Positions 12,195 to 25,289 of a stretch of DNA of 64,000 nt are shown piece after piece. This DNA is from Octopus sinensis (taxonomy: Eukaryota): the NCBI RefSeq assembly GCF_006345805.1, contig NC_042999.1, positions 64,790,001 to 64,854,000 on the forward strand, read 5' to 3'. Below the pieces are notes generated by a model, which saw only the letters and a program-made list of their open reading frames with translations, did not search any database and was not told the DNA's origin. Each line of letters starts with the position of its first letter. Within the stretch, counting starts at the first letter, position 1. A program made the position numbers and the translations under genes.

Positions 12195-12570
12195 TTTTTT
12201 TCTACTCTAGTCACAAGGCCCGAATTTTTTGGGGAGGGGGCCAGCCAATTAGATCGCTTCCAGTACGCAACTGGTACTTAATTTATCAACCCTCGAAAGG
12301 ATGAAAGGCAAAGTCGACCTCGGCGGAATTTGAACTCAGAACGTAAAGACAGACGAAATACCCGTTTCTTTACTACCCACAAGGAGCTAAACTCAGAAAG
12401 GACAAACAAGGACAGACAAACGGATTAAGTCGATTATATCGACCCCAGTGCGTAACTGGTACTTGATTTATCGATCCCGAAAGGATGAAAGGCAAAGTCG
12501 ACCTCGGCGGAATTTGAACTCAAAACGTAACGGCAGACGAAATACCGCTAAGCATTTCGCCGGCGTAAGA
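12195..12570 (-). mobile_element. Nested SINE A: Tx1-tailed copy inside an older-tailed copy
   Basis: cagacgaaatacc duplicated at 12350-12362 and 12534-12546 around a copy ending gtgggtagtaaagaaac (minus strand). Confidence 0.8.
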
Positions 12571-12747
12571 AACAGTAAAATAATGTGACGAATTTCCGCA
12601 TTGAATAAAAATCTTGCATCAAGTTTAGAAATACTTCTGAATACTTTTCTTATTTTCCTTATTATCGGTAGAAGGTCACAAAGGTGAAATACAACGGAAC
12701 TGCCATTGAAGTATGAGTGTGTATGCATCTATATATATATCTATATA

Positions 12748-12789
<42 letters not shown>

Positions 12790-14131
12790 ATATGTGTGTA
12801 TGTGTGTATGTTCAGGCATGGCTGTCTGTTTATTAAGCTTGCTTCACAACCATGAGGTTTCGGGTTCACTCACAATGTGTCGAACGTTGAGTAACTTATA
12901 CTACAGAATCTGCCTAACCAATGTCCTCAGTGAATTTAGAGGACAGAACCCGAATGGAATCCCGTGATCATTTTCTCTCCCTCTCTCTCTCTCTCTATTT
13001 AATTTATCTTATATATATGTACGTATATATCATAGCAAGTCAGGAGGCATGAGAGGTGAACATATTTATCTAACCACTTGATATCCATAGATTTACGGCC
13101 AGTTCGTAGTCTTCATCTCATATCTCCTGATATTTTATGATCTATATACTCCATATGAAATAATTTCATAGATTGGCTCTCCTAGATTACAGCTTTCACA
13201 GCGTTCTACATCATACTCCATCGAAATGGATTACTATGTGGTATGGTAGCCGAGTCGACTAGAAGTGCTTAATGTGACTGCAACGAGATTCTATAAAACC
13301 ATACATTGCACGCCAAATTGTATTCATGCATACATATATATGCATATTGAAAGCGCAAAATAGATAAAAACGTGGTCAGTATTGCCGAATGAATCGGTGA
13401 CATTTAGATTCATTGATTCATTTCAGACAGAAATCGAACGAGGAAAGGGAAGCAGTCATTTCTTTTGTGGCATTATGTCTTTATAAAAGGAAGACAATGT
13501 GATTTATTGAAAAAACAAAAAGCAAGAAAAAAAAAAAGACCCACATAACAAGATTAGAATGTATTTCTTCTTCCACTCTTCGTATGTTCCTCATATCAAA
13601 TCTTTTCTTGTTCTGTCTTCCCACACATTTGGTAACGTTTCCAAGATTTTATTTGTGGTATTCTGTTCCTATATATTTTATTTAATATACTACTATCTAT
13701 TTTTATATATTTTAGTTAATATATTATCTACCTTCTCGGTGATCCTGTGGTATTACAATTGAGAACAATATATCCCAAAATATATTGATTCCGAATTCAT
13801 GGCTGAAAATTCTCATATACGTATCTTTATTCATGACGCAAGGATAATAAATATGATGATACATACACATAAATTTAAACAGATACACACAAACACACAC
13901 ATACACAAGCGCGCGTACACACATACGCAGACTCACACGTACATATATCTCAGCATTGATATTCTACTACATATATATATGTATATGTGTGTGTGTGTGT
14001 GTGTATACCTATATATACCTATATATATACATAAACATATATATATATATACACATACACATCTGTATGCATATATAAAATGTATATATATATACATATT
14101 CTATATATTGAGACAAACACATGTCTACAAC

Positions 14132-14201
<70 letters not shown>

Positions 14202-14897
14202 GTATATAATACACATACATATAATATATATATGTGTATACAAATATGTGTATACATGTCCATTATAGATAAAAACAAGTTTATGCATGCATGATACATT
14301 TCATATGCATACAACGTACATACCAATATGCACACACATTCATACACATGCACACACACACACTCACTCACTCATACACACACACACACACACACACACA
14401 TGTACATACACATAAATATCTGTGTGGGAGGCTGATACAGATGTTTCTGTTTGAACCTATATATACATGTCTTGTGAATTGTATATCTTTATATATTTGA
14501 ATCCATTGTAATTATCCATTGATTCCATACTGCCTACGTTCGTGATTAACGTGATCGCTTGATTAATTCGGGGATGCATACACAAGTATATATATATATA
14601 TATATATATAATCGAATTCTTCAGACAGTTTATAACAGGTTATATAGAACATCTAGTAAATTCCTGCAGGACAGTTTCTGCTAAATGTTACTTAATCTCT
14701 TCGGGGTATGAACCTCTAACTTCCAATTAAGAAGGCTGAGAGAGTTAAGGGTCCTACGGTTGAATGTATGTTCTGCTTTTGCAACTATAGAGGGAATAAT
14801 AATGAATGCACACGTGCGTATATGTAAATACGCATCTAGACAGATACGTACATACATGAGTATATATAGACGCGCACATATATTTTCATCGTCATGC

Positions 14898-14931
<34 letters not shown>

Positions 14932-15416
14932 TATATATACCCACATATACATAAACGTATATATAAACGTATGTATCACTGTATGTACACGTATATGTAT
15001 ATATATACATACGTGCATATATATCGAAAAGGTATTTTTTCAAAACACGCCTGCTAGATAAGTTAAATTTGTCTAAAGTCGTAAGACACCTGCTGTTGTC
15101 CTGTTATTACCATTCTTGTTTTTTATTTTTGTTTTTGTTTTTTTGTATTTATATTCGTGTGGCTTCGTCCGTTTTTCTTTCCTTGTTTCGTTTACATTCC
15201 ATTCTTTTCCCAAGAAATCTAATGCTCGCAGCTTAGTCTTTCATTGGGGCTGGCCGTTTCGGAGCAATATCAGGATTAATCAGCCGAAATTTGCTATGAT
15301 GATCCGGTTCCTGACTGGAGATTAAAGGCTTCGAAAGACCCGTCCGTTTTTTGTGTTCGTCTCTTGTGTATTTCACGTTCTTGTCCTTTTTTATATATAT
15401 TTTATACCTATATATG

Positions 15417-15464
<48 letters not shown>

Positions 15465-15820
15465 TATATATATATTATATATATATATTATATATATAGA
15501 TAGATACATAGATAGATATAGATACTTACATATATACGTGCATACATACATACAAACAACATACAAACAATATTTAACTATCTGATTGAACAATCAGTGG
15601 ATGCTTCACATAATATGAATAAATTAGGCAGAATACCATATGGTATTAATATTGTGAGTTAAAACTTGATTCAACTAGAGTATGTAATCAATTAGTGGAG
15701 AAAAAACATTGCTCCAGGGAAATATTAAAACTCAAAGCAATAAGCAGCAATATCTAAGAGGATTCCTCGATCAATACACACACACGCAAACACATGTATA
15801 TATAATATATATATTATATC

Positions 15821-15857
<37 letters not shown>

Positions 15858-16016
15858 CGTACAGTGTTTTATAAAATGAAGTAGCATGAACAGTTGTACT
15901 ACTCTACCTGGATATAATTGTTGCTTATTTTGATTATATGTATAAATATATATGCATTCTTACGCACATATATTTGAATGTCATATATATATATATGTGT
16001 GTATTTATATTATATA

Positions 16017-16052
<36 letters not shown>

Positions 16053-16260
16053 CCATATATGTACGTATGTTGTATCTATCAATCTATATAATAAAAGAAC
16101 TCAATACATTGGTAGACAGAGAACAGTGTTTTTATTATAGTCATCTGTGTTATATGCCTTAGAGTGGTAGTAATAACTGAGACCTCACGATTATCCTGAG
16201 GGCTATGGAGTAGAATCGTGAGTTTTGATTCGATCATTTGTTGTTTCGCAAGTAGGTTAG

Positions 16261-16326
<66 letters not shown>

Positions 16327-16424
16327 ACACACATACAGACATAATTCACACGCAGACACACACATAAATATATAGATATATGTGGACGTCTATGAATATA
16401 TATATATATATATATACTATCACT

Positions 16425-16458
<34 letters not shown>

Positions 16459-16624
16459 ATATATATATATATATATATATAATTATAAATTAGGGTATCT
16501 ACGAGATACCACCATGCTGAAAATATCAGCTATGAACCGACTCTAAAACCACCTTAAATTTCCATAGAGCAACATGGTGAAAAGACAAAGAGACAAGATG
16601 AAACTAGTGAAAAATTACTGGATA

Positions 16625-16683
16625 ATTCTAGATCCCGGATTTCTGACTTTCCATTTAGAAATGGTTTGCCTCGTCAGTAGAAT
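16625..16683 (-). ncRNA. Type I hammerhead ribozyme-like motif
   Basis: Minus: ATTCTA-CTGACGA-GGC aaa CCATTT ct AAATGG aaa GTC-a-GAAA-TCCGGGA-TC-TAGAAT; perfect 6-bp stem I, AUC triplet, one extra A before GAAA. Confidence 0.6.
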
Positions 16684-16685
16684 AC

Positions 16686-16739
<54 letters not shown>

Positions 16740-16859
16740 CACACACACACACAACACACACACTCACACTCATTTATGTGTTGTTGGCTGCGCATGAACT
16801 AATCCAGTCTGGTTTTTACATTTCATGTCCTCTCCAGATTCCTCTCCAGTTTTGCGCAG

Positions 16860-17115
16860 GCCTGTGTTAGATGTAAGAAAATCCTGGGCAGCCCAACCGT
16901 CAGGATTCTTCTCTCGACCTTGCTGACGTAGTCCAAAGGAGTGCAGGGCATTACGTTTGGCACCAGCTTGGTTGCAGGAGCTGCCGGAAGGGTGTCGAGT
17001 CGAACACTAAACCACCTACAGGGCTCCACTCCCGATTTCTTTGAAGGTTGTCTCCTTTCCGTAACCTTGGATAAGGACCCATACCGGGTACTGTCAGCCG
17101 GAGCCAGTTCTACTC
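16860..17115 (-). mobile_element. Probable RTE-clade LINE 5' region fragment
   Basis: GC-richer island; minus strand ttggactacgtcagcaaggtcgagagaagaatcctgacggttgggc resembles RTE/BovB 5' UTRs from memory. Confidence 0.4.
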
Positions 17116-17490
17116 TATTATGAAATAGGGTTGTTGAATACTGTTTATTTGGTAGTATTTGTTTTAGTTCTTGGAGTCTTTTAGTCTGAGATTCAATATT
17201 CGAAACTATCGCACAATTAAGATTCAGTTGAATTAGGAACTTCAATTGAAGCACCTTACTAGGTCGGTGTAATCCGCACACCTAAAGTATGTTAATTGAA
17301 TATTGAATATCAAGACTCCGTGCAGGTTTGTTTGCAACCCAGCTAAGTGAAGATATCCGCTCTTGGTAATGCAGACACGTACTTTCGTATAGGTACTTTC
17401 TATAGTATTACCGAAGTGCAGATTCCAAGTTAAGTGAACAGAATATAAATGAGTAACGAAGATGTACAGGTGTCAATTCATTACGTTTGC

Positions 17491-17718
17491 TTCCAGCGGC
17501 TCTTTTAATTGATTAATGAAAACATTACATGAATTTGAAAGGAACGGTACTCGTTAGATGATCACATAGACTTCAAACACAAGGATATAACCATTTAAAA
17601 AAATATGTTTGAAAATGGTTTTATTCTTATGGTTGAAGTGTATGTGGTCATCTGACGAGAACGATTTCTTTCAAACTGATGTAATGTTTTCAGTATTCAA
17701 TTAAAGGAGCCGCTTGAA
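17491..17718. repeat. ~225-bp diverged foldback (old MITE-like)
   Basis: 17496-17596 vs reverse complement of 17613-17713, roughly 80% identical; 16-nt spacer. Confidence 0.85.
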
Positions 17719-18425
17719 ACGGCCGTCAATCTTTGTTACTCATTTACACACACACACACACACAACAATCTCTGCCTGTCTGTCTCTGTCTTTTTGTCTA
17801 TCTGTACGTCTGCCTCTCTCTCTCAATATATATATATATGTATATATATATATGTGTGTATACATGTCTACGCTTGAACTGGACGCATGTACTTGAATGC
17901 TTTTGTATTTGTAGTACGTTGGCCTTATATTCTTATTTATATTTCTTTTATGCGTAGATTTTTTTCTTTCGGTTGTTTTCCTTTAAATAGCTTCATTTTC
18001 ACTAACTTTATATTTCCCTTGTTTCACTTCTTTCGTTGCATATTCATGATTTTTTTCTAGTAATACATAACATTCCATATAATAAACTGTACCACAATAA
18101 ACTCCTGTATTGTAATAAGATAACCGCTTTAAATTAATAACCCTGCGCTCTTATAATGCATTACCCTTCAGTTCACTCACTCTAACTTTCTACCACATTC
18201 TGACGTATTGAAAATTAGTTGTATATATATATATATTGCATTGCTTTCATTTGGCAATCTAAAATCCATTATATAAATTTTTTCTTTTTTGTCTTTACCG
18301 TATATAATATTATCAACTATATAGTTATTAAAGCTAACAGTTACTGCAAGAATAAATATCTTCCATAACAGTATAACTTAGTATCTGAAGAACGTATGCA
18401 TGCGCGTGTGTGTGTGTGTGTGTGC

Positions 18426-18473
<48 letters not shown>

Positions 18474-18478
18474 AATAC

Positions 18479-18511
<33 letters not shown>

Positions 18512-18616
18512 CATAATATATACATATTATATATATACATATATATACACATATATAACGTATATATATATACATATAACATATATAATATATACATATA
18601 TACATATTATATATAT

Positions 18617-18661
<45 letters not shown>

Positions 18662-19291
18662 ATATATAATATAATATACATATATATATATATATATATT
18701 ATATGTATATGTATATGTATGTATAATGTATATTTATACAACGTACATATTTCACACAGATATAGATAATGTATAATTAAATACTCTAAAAGTGACTATG
18801 ATTCATATTTTTAATGAATCTATATTATATCTAGTTACTTAAATTAAATTACTTAAATTTGCTATCGTTCAACCTATTTTATTTTATATTCGTAACCGTT
18901 ACTTGGTATTGTCTACTTTTATGATAATCTCTAAGAAAAAAATTACTTAATTTCCATCAAAATATTCATTTAAGTTTATCATTCACTTCATTCGGGTCAC
19001 TTAATACTTACATAAAGGGAGTTGTACTATTTCATTAGATTTAATGGGTTTGTGAACACATTGACTCGCTTATCGCGTTTAAATACTCATTATCTTCTTC
19101 AATTTTAATCATAGTTATACATGCCACCCACAAATATGTACATATATATTTGTGGGTGGCACAAATATATATATATATATTTATAAATGGTTATATCCAT
19201 ATATATATGGATATAACCATTTATATTTTATGTATGCATACACAGAAACATACACGTACAGTGTCATATACACATATTTCTATCAATCTAC

Positions 19292-19351
<60 letters not shown>

Positions 19352-19451
19352 NNNNNNNNNNNNNNNNNNNNNNNNNNNNNNNNNNNNNNNNNNNNNNNNN
19401 NNNNNNNNNNNNNNNNNNNNNNNNNNNNNNNNNNNNNNNNNNNNNNNNNNN
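19352..19451. other. Assembly gap (100 N)
   Basis: Run of exactly 100 N, typical scaffold placeholder. Confidence 0.99.
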
Positions 19452-19623
19452 TTTTTTAACCCCCCTTATTTTTGTCCTCTTTCTCTCCTTTTACGATCCC
19501 TTTTGATCGAACCTCCCCTTTCTTTTTTTTTTTTTTTTTTTTTTTTTAATACCTTCAAAAGAAAAGCTCTACCTTGTAATTTGTTCTATCTGTGTGCAGC
19601 CCTGTGTGGCTAATAAAGAAACA
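19452..19623 (+). mobile_element. 3' UTR of Tx1-clade LINE (5' part lost in the gap)
   Basis: Near-identical to 39722-39916; followed by tatctatctatc, with (TATC)n before the gap. Confidence 0.9.
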
Positions 19624-20361
19624 TATCTATCTATCTATCCATCTGTTTATCTGTCTATCTATCTCTTTATATATACACAGGCACACAGACGCACACACAC
19701 GGATACACGCACACACACACACACGCACACACACACACACACACACACAAACACAAAAGACCCTCTAACAGTGCGTAAGGTGTAGAAACTTGCTGCTACT
19801 TGAATTGCATTAATAAATAAATAACTGTAGATCATGAAATTTCACTATCTTTTCGTTTGCGCTTGCACATGAATTTAGGAATCCCCCACACCCACTAACG
19901 GGGACTTTTACATATGTCACGTGATCTACTAGAAAGAGAATCCAAATTATTCTACCTTTGCATAAAAAAAGCGGATAAATAAAATAAAGCTTCCAGGATA
20001 CAAAATTCCAAAATACATAACTTGGCGGTTGGAATATCTTTGATTCACAGGTATGCTCTCTTTGGATTAAATTAGACTTACGTATCGAGAATAATTTATA
20101 CACACATGATCAAGACACTAGAGAAAGTAGTAACATATGTATTATATACGTTATTGCTACATTGCTTAGGAATTCAATTCATATGATGGCTGACATCAAA
20201 ATTTTCTCACAAGAAATCCTTAAAACGGATAGGAATATCATAAACGAAATGCTTATTGATGCAGAAGGGTTTCTGTCATTGCAAGGGATTCAGTAGAAGC
20301 ACCTGCAATACATCTGAGTAGCTCTAGTAACTTCTGGAATTAATAATATATATATATATAG

Positions 20362-20393
<32 letters not shown>

Positions 20394-20789
20394 CATAGTA
20401 ACTTCTATGCTGAAGTGGAGACAACATGTTCTTTGTCTATATCCTTAACTTCTTGGACATTTTAAGTATAATTATACTAATGTGTCCATCTGTTCTAATT
20501 TAATTAGATTATATGTGTTTGTGCATCTGAGGATTGCTCTGCATTTTAAATTGATGTTATGATTGCATTGTTTGATTAAATGGAGTTGCCTGAAACAATC
20601 TTACTGCATTACCTCTGGATATCCTTGCTGCTTATTTTGATTTTAATCATCTTACTTTGAAATTGAATGGATAATACCGTACTAAATTCTGTTGCCTCAA
20701 CTTAAGTATCATATTCATTTGAATCTAAGCTTTTTTGCTGAACTCATCTACCATACCCAAAGTATATATATATATATATATATATTGTT

Positions 20790-21275
20790 GGAATGGGAGA
20801 TGAAAGCGCACTCAAACAACTGTTTTATGGCGAATTTACTGAGGAGAAATGGAATCGGTGTAAACCTAAAAAAAGGCTTCAGGATGGCATAAGGATCACC
20901 ATGAAGTAATTTGGAGTGGATTTAAAGGCTATAGAAATCCTTGCTTCAGATCGAGCTGGGGGACAACCAAAGTGTGGAGTGAAGCGAAAACGTTTGAATA
21001 GGCCAGGATAACGCATGCAAGACTCAAGAGAGATTTAAAGAAGAAGGTTGCAATCGAGAAGGTGAATCTCAGTGACCTTTTTGTGCGCACAGTTTGTGGC
21101 AGACCATGCCTTTTCTTTCCTAGGCTCAAATCTCATTTGCGGACCCATGAAAAACGAACCTCCACCAATTATTCTGCCACTCACGTTCACACCTTTCAGT
21201 GCCGTGTATGTCATAAGGTCAGCCAATCCAACGGAGGCGTCAACAAACATTTTAAGATCCACAAAGATTAGAACT
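20790..21275 (+). mobile_element. RTE-clade LINE C-terminal fragment with two C2H2-like fingers
   Basis: GMGDESALKQLFYGEFTEEKWNRCKPKKRLQD..LASDR, then VCGRPC..RLKSHLRTH and CRVCHK..NKHFKIH, the typical RTE ORF end; stops and frameshifts. Confidence 0.75.
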
Positions 21276-21436
21276 TAACTACAGCTCTTGGTGGTTCTGA
21301 TCGGATATGCAATATATGTGGGTCTTTGCAATAAATTGACAGGTTTAAAAAGCCACATCAGACACCAAGATGGATGTAAGGTGTAGGTACAGGAGGTGGG
21401 TAGACTCTGCATAAGGAGTAGACAACCAACATATCT

Positions 21437-21501
<65 letters not shown>

Positions 21502-22051
21502 CGCGCGCGCGCACACACACACACGCACACACATACACACAGTGTATCTGGTGCTGGTGTGTACGGTCAGAGGTATCATTGCTACTTGTGAATTTTGAAT
21601 ATCATGTCGAGTATCGTCCTTCATTGTACGTCCAGTAAAGTAACATGCCTGCTACTATACTGAATTGTATGATTAGTTATGATAAACAGAGTAAATATAC
21701 GAAAAAGTATGACAAACATAAGATGCAGTATATATCATTTGTCCCCTACGTACGTTTCGATATTTTGGCTATTTACATTCTCTAAAGTGGATGGTCCAAG
21801 TGCAGCTAGATTCTGAACTACAACAGTTCATTAGAGAAGACTTTATTGCATTAGGTTTACACAGATCAAACGTCGTTTGAAGTTGGGACACATAGTAAAG
21901 CTTTATAAGATGAAAGGGAAATAAATAGAAAGCAACAGAGAGTGGTAGAGAGAAAAAACAGAGAGAGAGTGTGTTTGTGAAAGAGAGGAGAAGAGGAAGA
22001 GAGCGAAAAGAAATATAGATAGAGACGCATACACACACTCATATATATATA

Positions 22052-22109
<58 letters not shown>

Positions 22110-22229
22110 TGTATGTATGTAGTATATATATATATATATATATATATATAGGTATGTATATGTATGAATGTATATATATATATGAATGTATTTATATATA
22201 TACATATGTATGTGTGTATGTATGCGTTT

Positions 22230-22283
<54 letters not shown>

Positions 22284-23134
22284 GTATATATATATACACG
22301 GGTATGTGTATATAATTTCAATCAAACATGCTTTCCTACATCTACACACGTCCATACAAATTATCAACAGGATTCCAACTATAGGATTCTAAAACAAAGA
22401 AGTAATAACACCACGTATGCCATTATAGTTTCCTAATCCAATGCTTCCGTTTGTCTAAAGGTTTGTTAACGTTTCTCTAATAACACTGCATCAGTGGTAG
22501 CCAAAAGTATGGTTGCACAACGTTTTCATTGATGTAAACCTATTACACTTTCACTGTTTACAAATTCTAGTAGCTGAAAAGATTCAAAATTACTTGATAA
22601 TAACATATAATAACACTTGCATAAGTATATGATCTATAATATACTGGTGCATTTATATAGATTCACTTGAAACATTTTACTAACATTTACCAGGAAGTTT
22701 CGACCTAAATTTAACCTAAATATGTTGTTAAATTGTGTCTTAAATTTACACTGAAATACATCCTGTGTATGTCTTTCTCTCCCTCTCTCTAAATTAGATT
22801 TACAGGATGTGAGTTAGTTTGCTTTGTGCTTCTTTTTCGTTAAAATTCTTCAGAATTTCCAAGTTTTTGCCAATCTGTTGTTGTTACATGTACTTAGTGT
22901 TCGAGTTAATTTTCGTATTTTTTACCAATGGAGGAAGAGCTAGATGCTATCACTGAAACAAATCTGTTTCTCTGGAACTCAGTAACATCTTTGTGTGTAT
23001 GTATACATGTATGGATGTACATGATAGTTACTTTTACTTCAAGATTTCTTGCCAATAGGGAAAGAAGCGGTATCTAACCTAGTTACCAGGCTCTTTCATT
23101 AGAGCTTCATCATCAACAGGGTCTTGTTGAAACA

Positions 23135-23500
23135 GCAAGGGTGGCTGTGTGGTAAGAAATTTGTATTTTAACCACATGGTTCTGGTTCGTTCCCACAGCG
23201 TGCCATCTACGATAGGTGTCTTATACTATAGCCTCGCATCCACAAAGGCCTGGTGTGCGGATTTGGTTAATGGATATTGACAGAATCCTCTGTGTGTTTG
23301 TACGCGTTTGTCTTTACCCACCGCATCACAGTCGATGTTGCTTTGTTTATGTTCCCGTGACTTAAACGTTCGGCAAAAGAAATCGATGGAATGGATAATA
23401 GGCTTAAAAAAAGGACTGAGGTTGATTTGTTCGACGAAACCCTTCAAGGTGGCGCACCCATGGCTGCAATCCAGTGAGTGGAAAATAGAAAAGGTTAAAA
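23135..23500 (+). mobile_element. SINE family B, diverged
   Basis: gtggctgtgtggtaag head, actatagcctc, gttcggcaaaagaaatcgat, gtcgacgaaac-like 3' part. Confidence 0.75.
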
Positions 23501-23606
23501 AATAGTCATGTATGCATGTATGCGTACTCGTATATATATATTATAATATATATATATAGGATATATATTATATAGATATATATATAATATATATATATAT
23601 CTATAT

Positions 23607-23830
23607 AGTTAATCCAAACATGAACAAAGGGAAAATGCAAAAACGCGAGGACGTGGAATTAGTACAGTGTTATTGGACGTTCAGGAAAGGAAAGAAAAGA
23701 AAGCGGATTTCACATTTCGAGTGGAGCTCTTCATCAGAAGTATAGAAAAAAGTCCAAAGAAGGGAAGACGGAGAAAGAAAATCGCCAACGATACACACGC
23801 CGTCACATATCGAAATGACCGGAAGGGAAT
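23607..23830 (-). mobile_element. Short Penelope-like element with hammerhead motif (23706-23740)
   Basis: Minus: ctt-CTGATGA-A-GAG ctcca CTC-GAAA-TGTG; homologous to 10540-10712; cleavage triplet degenerate. Confidence 0.6.
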
Positions 23831-23958
23831 GGGTGAAGAAAAAGTTCTTCCAAAGACAGGATAGTGCAAGAGAAAGAGGTATCTGTGTGTATGTGGGGGT
23901 TTGTGCGTGCGTGCAGGTCTGTGTGTGCGTGTGTAATGATAGTACGTGTGTGGATACA

Positions 23959-23998
<40 letters not shown>

Positions 23999-24677
23999 TG
24001 TATCCACACATGTGTGCATGTGTATATGTATGCATATAAACATGAATGCATGTACATAAATATATCGGCACGCTTAAATGGATGCACATATGGAAGTTGG
24101 TGCATATGTGGATCTGATGTTTTGACTTATGTAATGTCAACAGGGATATGTGTTTGCATGTCTATATATTGCTTATATGCGTATCAACTCATTACATGGT
24201 GAACGACTTGAAAATTAAAGATATTTTGTATACCTTTGATGGCTTGAAGATCTCGTAGACGCTTGCTGGTTTCGTGGCATTTAGTTCCTTAAGATCAGTT
24301 CTAAGGGGGTTAGTAGCGTATCCAGCTATATATGTGTGTGTGTATGTACGTATACATTGTACACCCGTACTTTGGAATTAAATAATAACTTATATTGGTA
24401 AAAAATCATGTAGTCAGTGGGTATATTCGATTGTAATAACCTTGTTTCATAGCTGGTGTATTTGTATTAATGATATGTAACAGCCACGGGGATTATATTA
24501 GTATATTGAAACCGACGAATATAGTCGGTCACCGTAAATTTTCTTCCTACGACGTCCCTCGCCCTGTCTTGAATTGCAGCCACTATTGTCTCAAATTATA
24601 CATCACTATCATAAATAAAGAAGAATACACCACATAAAGTAGTGCCTAATATACATACAAATAAACACACACACACA

Positions 24678-24708
<31 letters not shown>

Positions 24709-25056
24709 AGCCACCTGTATTCACACAAGAAGGAAAAGCCATTTCTGCCATGTTTCGGATGACAGTTCCAGTCGATGAGGATTATTCTGAGGTCAAAAAC
24801 AGCCGAAAATTTCTACGTGTTCTTTGTAATGAAGCTACAGCGTTCCCTTGTTACTCAGTCCGTGACCATGTATTTTCTTGAATATTATACTTAAGACCAT
24901 TTTATCCACTATCTTTATTTGAGGTTTTAAGGAGATTTTGCTGTCCTCTTATCAGACCGATTGACCGAATAAAATACGTCATTATCAGTGTTGCGTTGAG
25001 AAGAGAGAGAGAGATTGAGAGAGAGAGTTTGAGAGAGAGAGAGAGAGAGAGAGATT

Positions 25057-25111
<55 letters not shown>

Positions 25112-25289
25112 ATGTGTCCAAACTTCCATATTGCATGCCATACGATTTATGATTGCAAGTCAGATTGTGCAGAGTTTATGAATATAAATCTGTGTTATGT
25201 TTGGGAAAATAGACTTGTTATATTGTTCTATATATTACTTGGTTCGGGTGATACGAAGTTGTCATATTGCTGCTGTTGCTGTTGATGCT

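Noticed and set aside
13190-13270. Tc1-like transposase remnant (MDYYV..W)
   Set aside because: One short motif, no TIRs or extended homology
14520-14640. Hammerhead split by a TA tract (minus CTGAAGA ... GAACGTA)
   Set aside because: GAAA incomplete and stems do not pair
15270-15350. ATGATGA ... GAAAG ... GTC hammerhead-like arrangement
   Set aside because: Core C3/U4 absent and stem III cannot form
21062-21271. C2H2 zinc-finger-like ORF as a member of the octopus ZNF gene expansion
   Set aside because: Contiguous with an RTE RT C-terminus; no linker array, and stops/frameshifts upstream
21740-21840. Minus-strand hammerhead (CTAATGA ... GAAAC GTAC GTA GGGGA)
   Set aside because: Core mutated, stem II does not close and stem I is mostly wobble; at best a decayed relic
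22800-22975. Small minus-strand exon candidates (IGKNLEILKNFNEKEAQSKLTHI; RNRFVSVIASSSSSI)
   Set aside because: Weak splice sites and no recognisable homology; expected by chance
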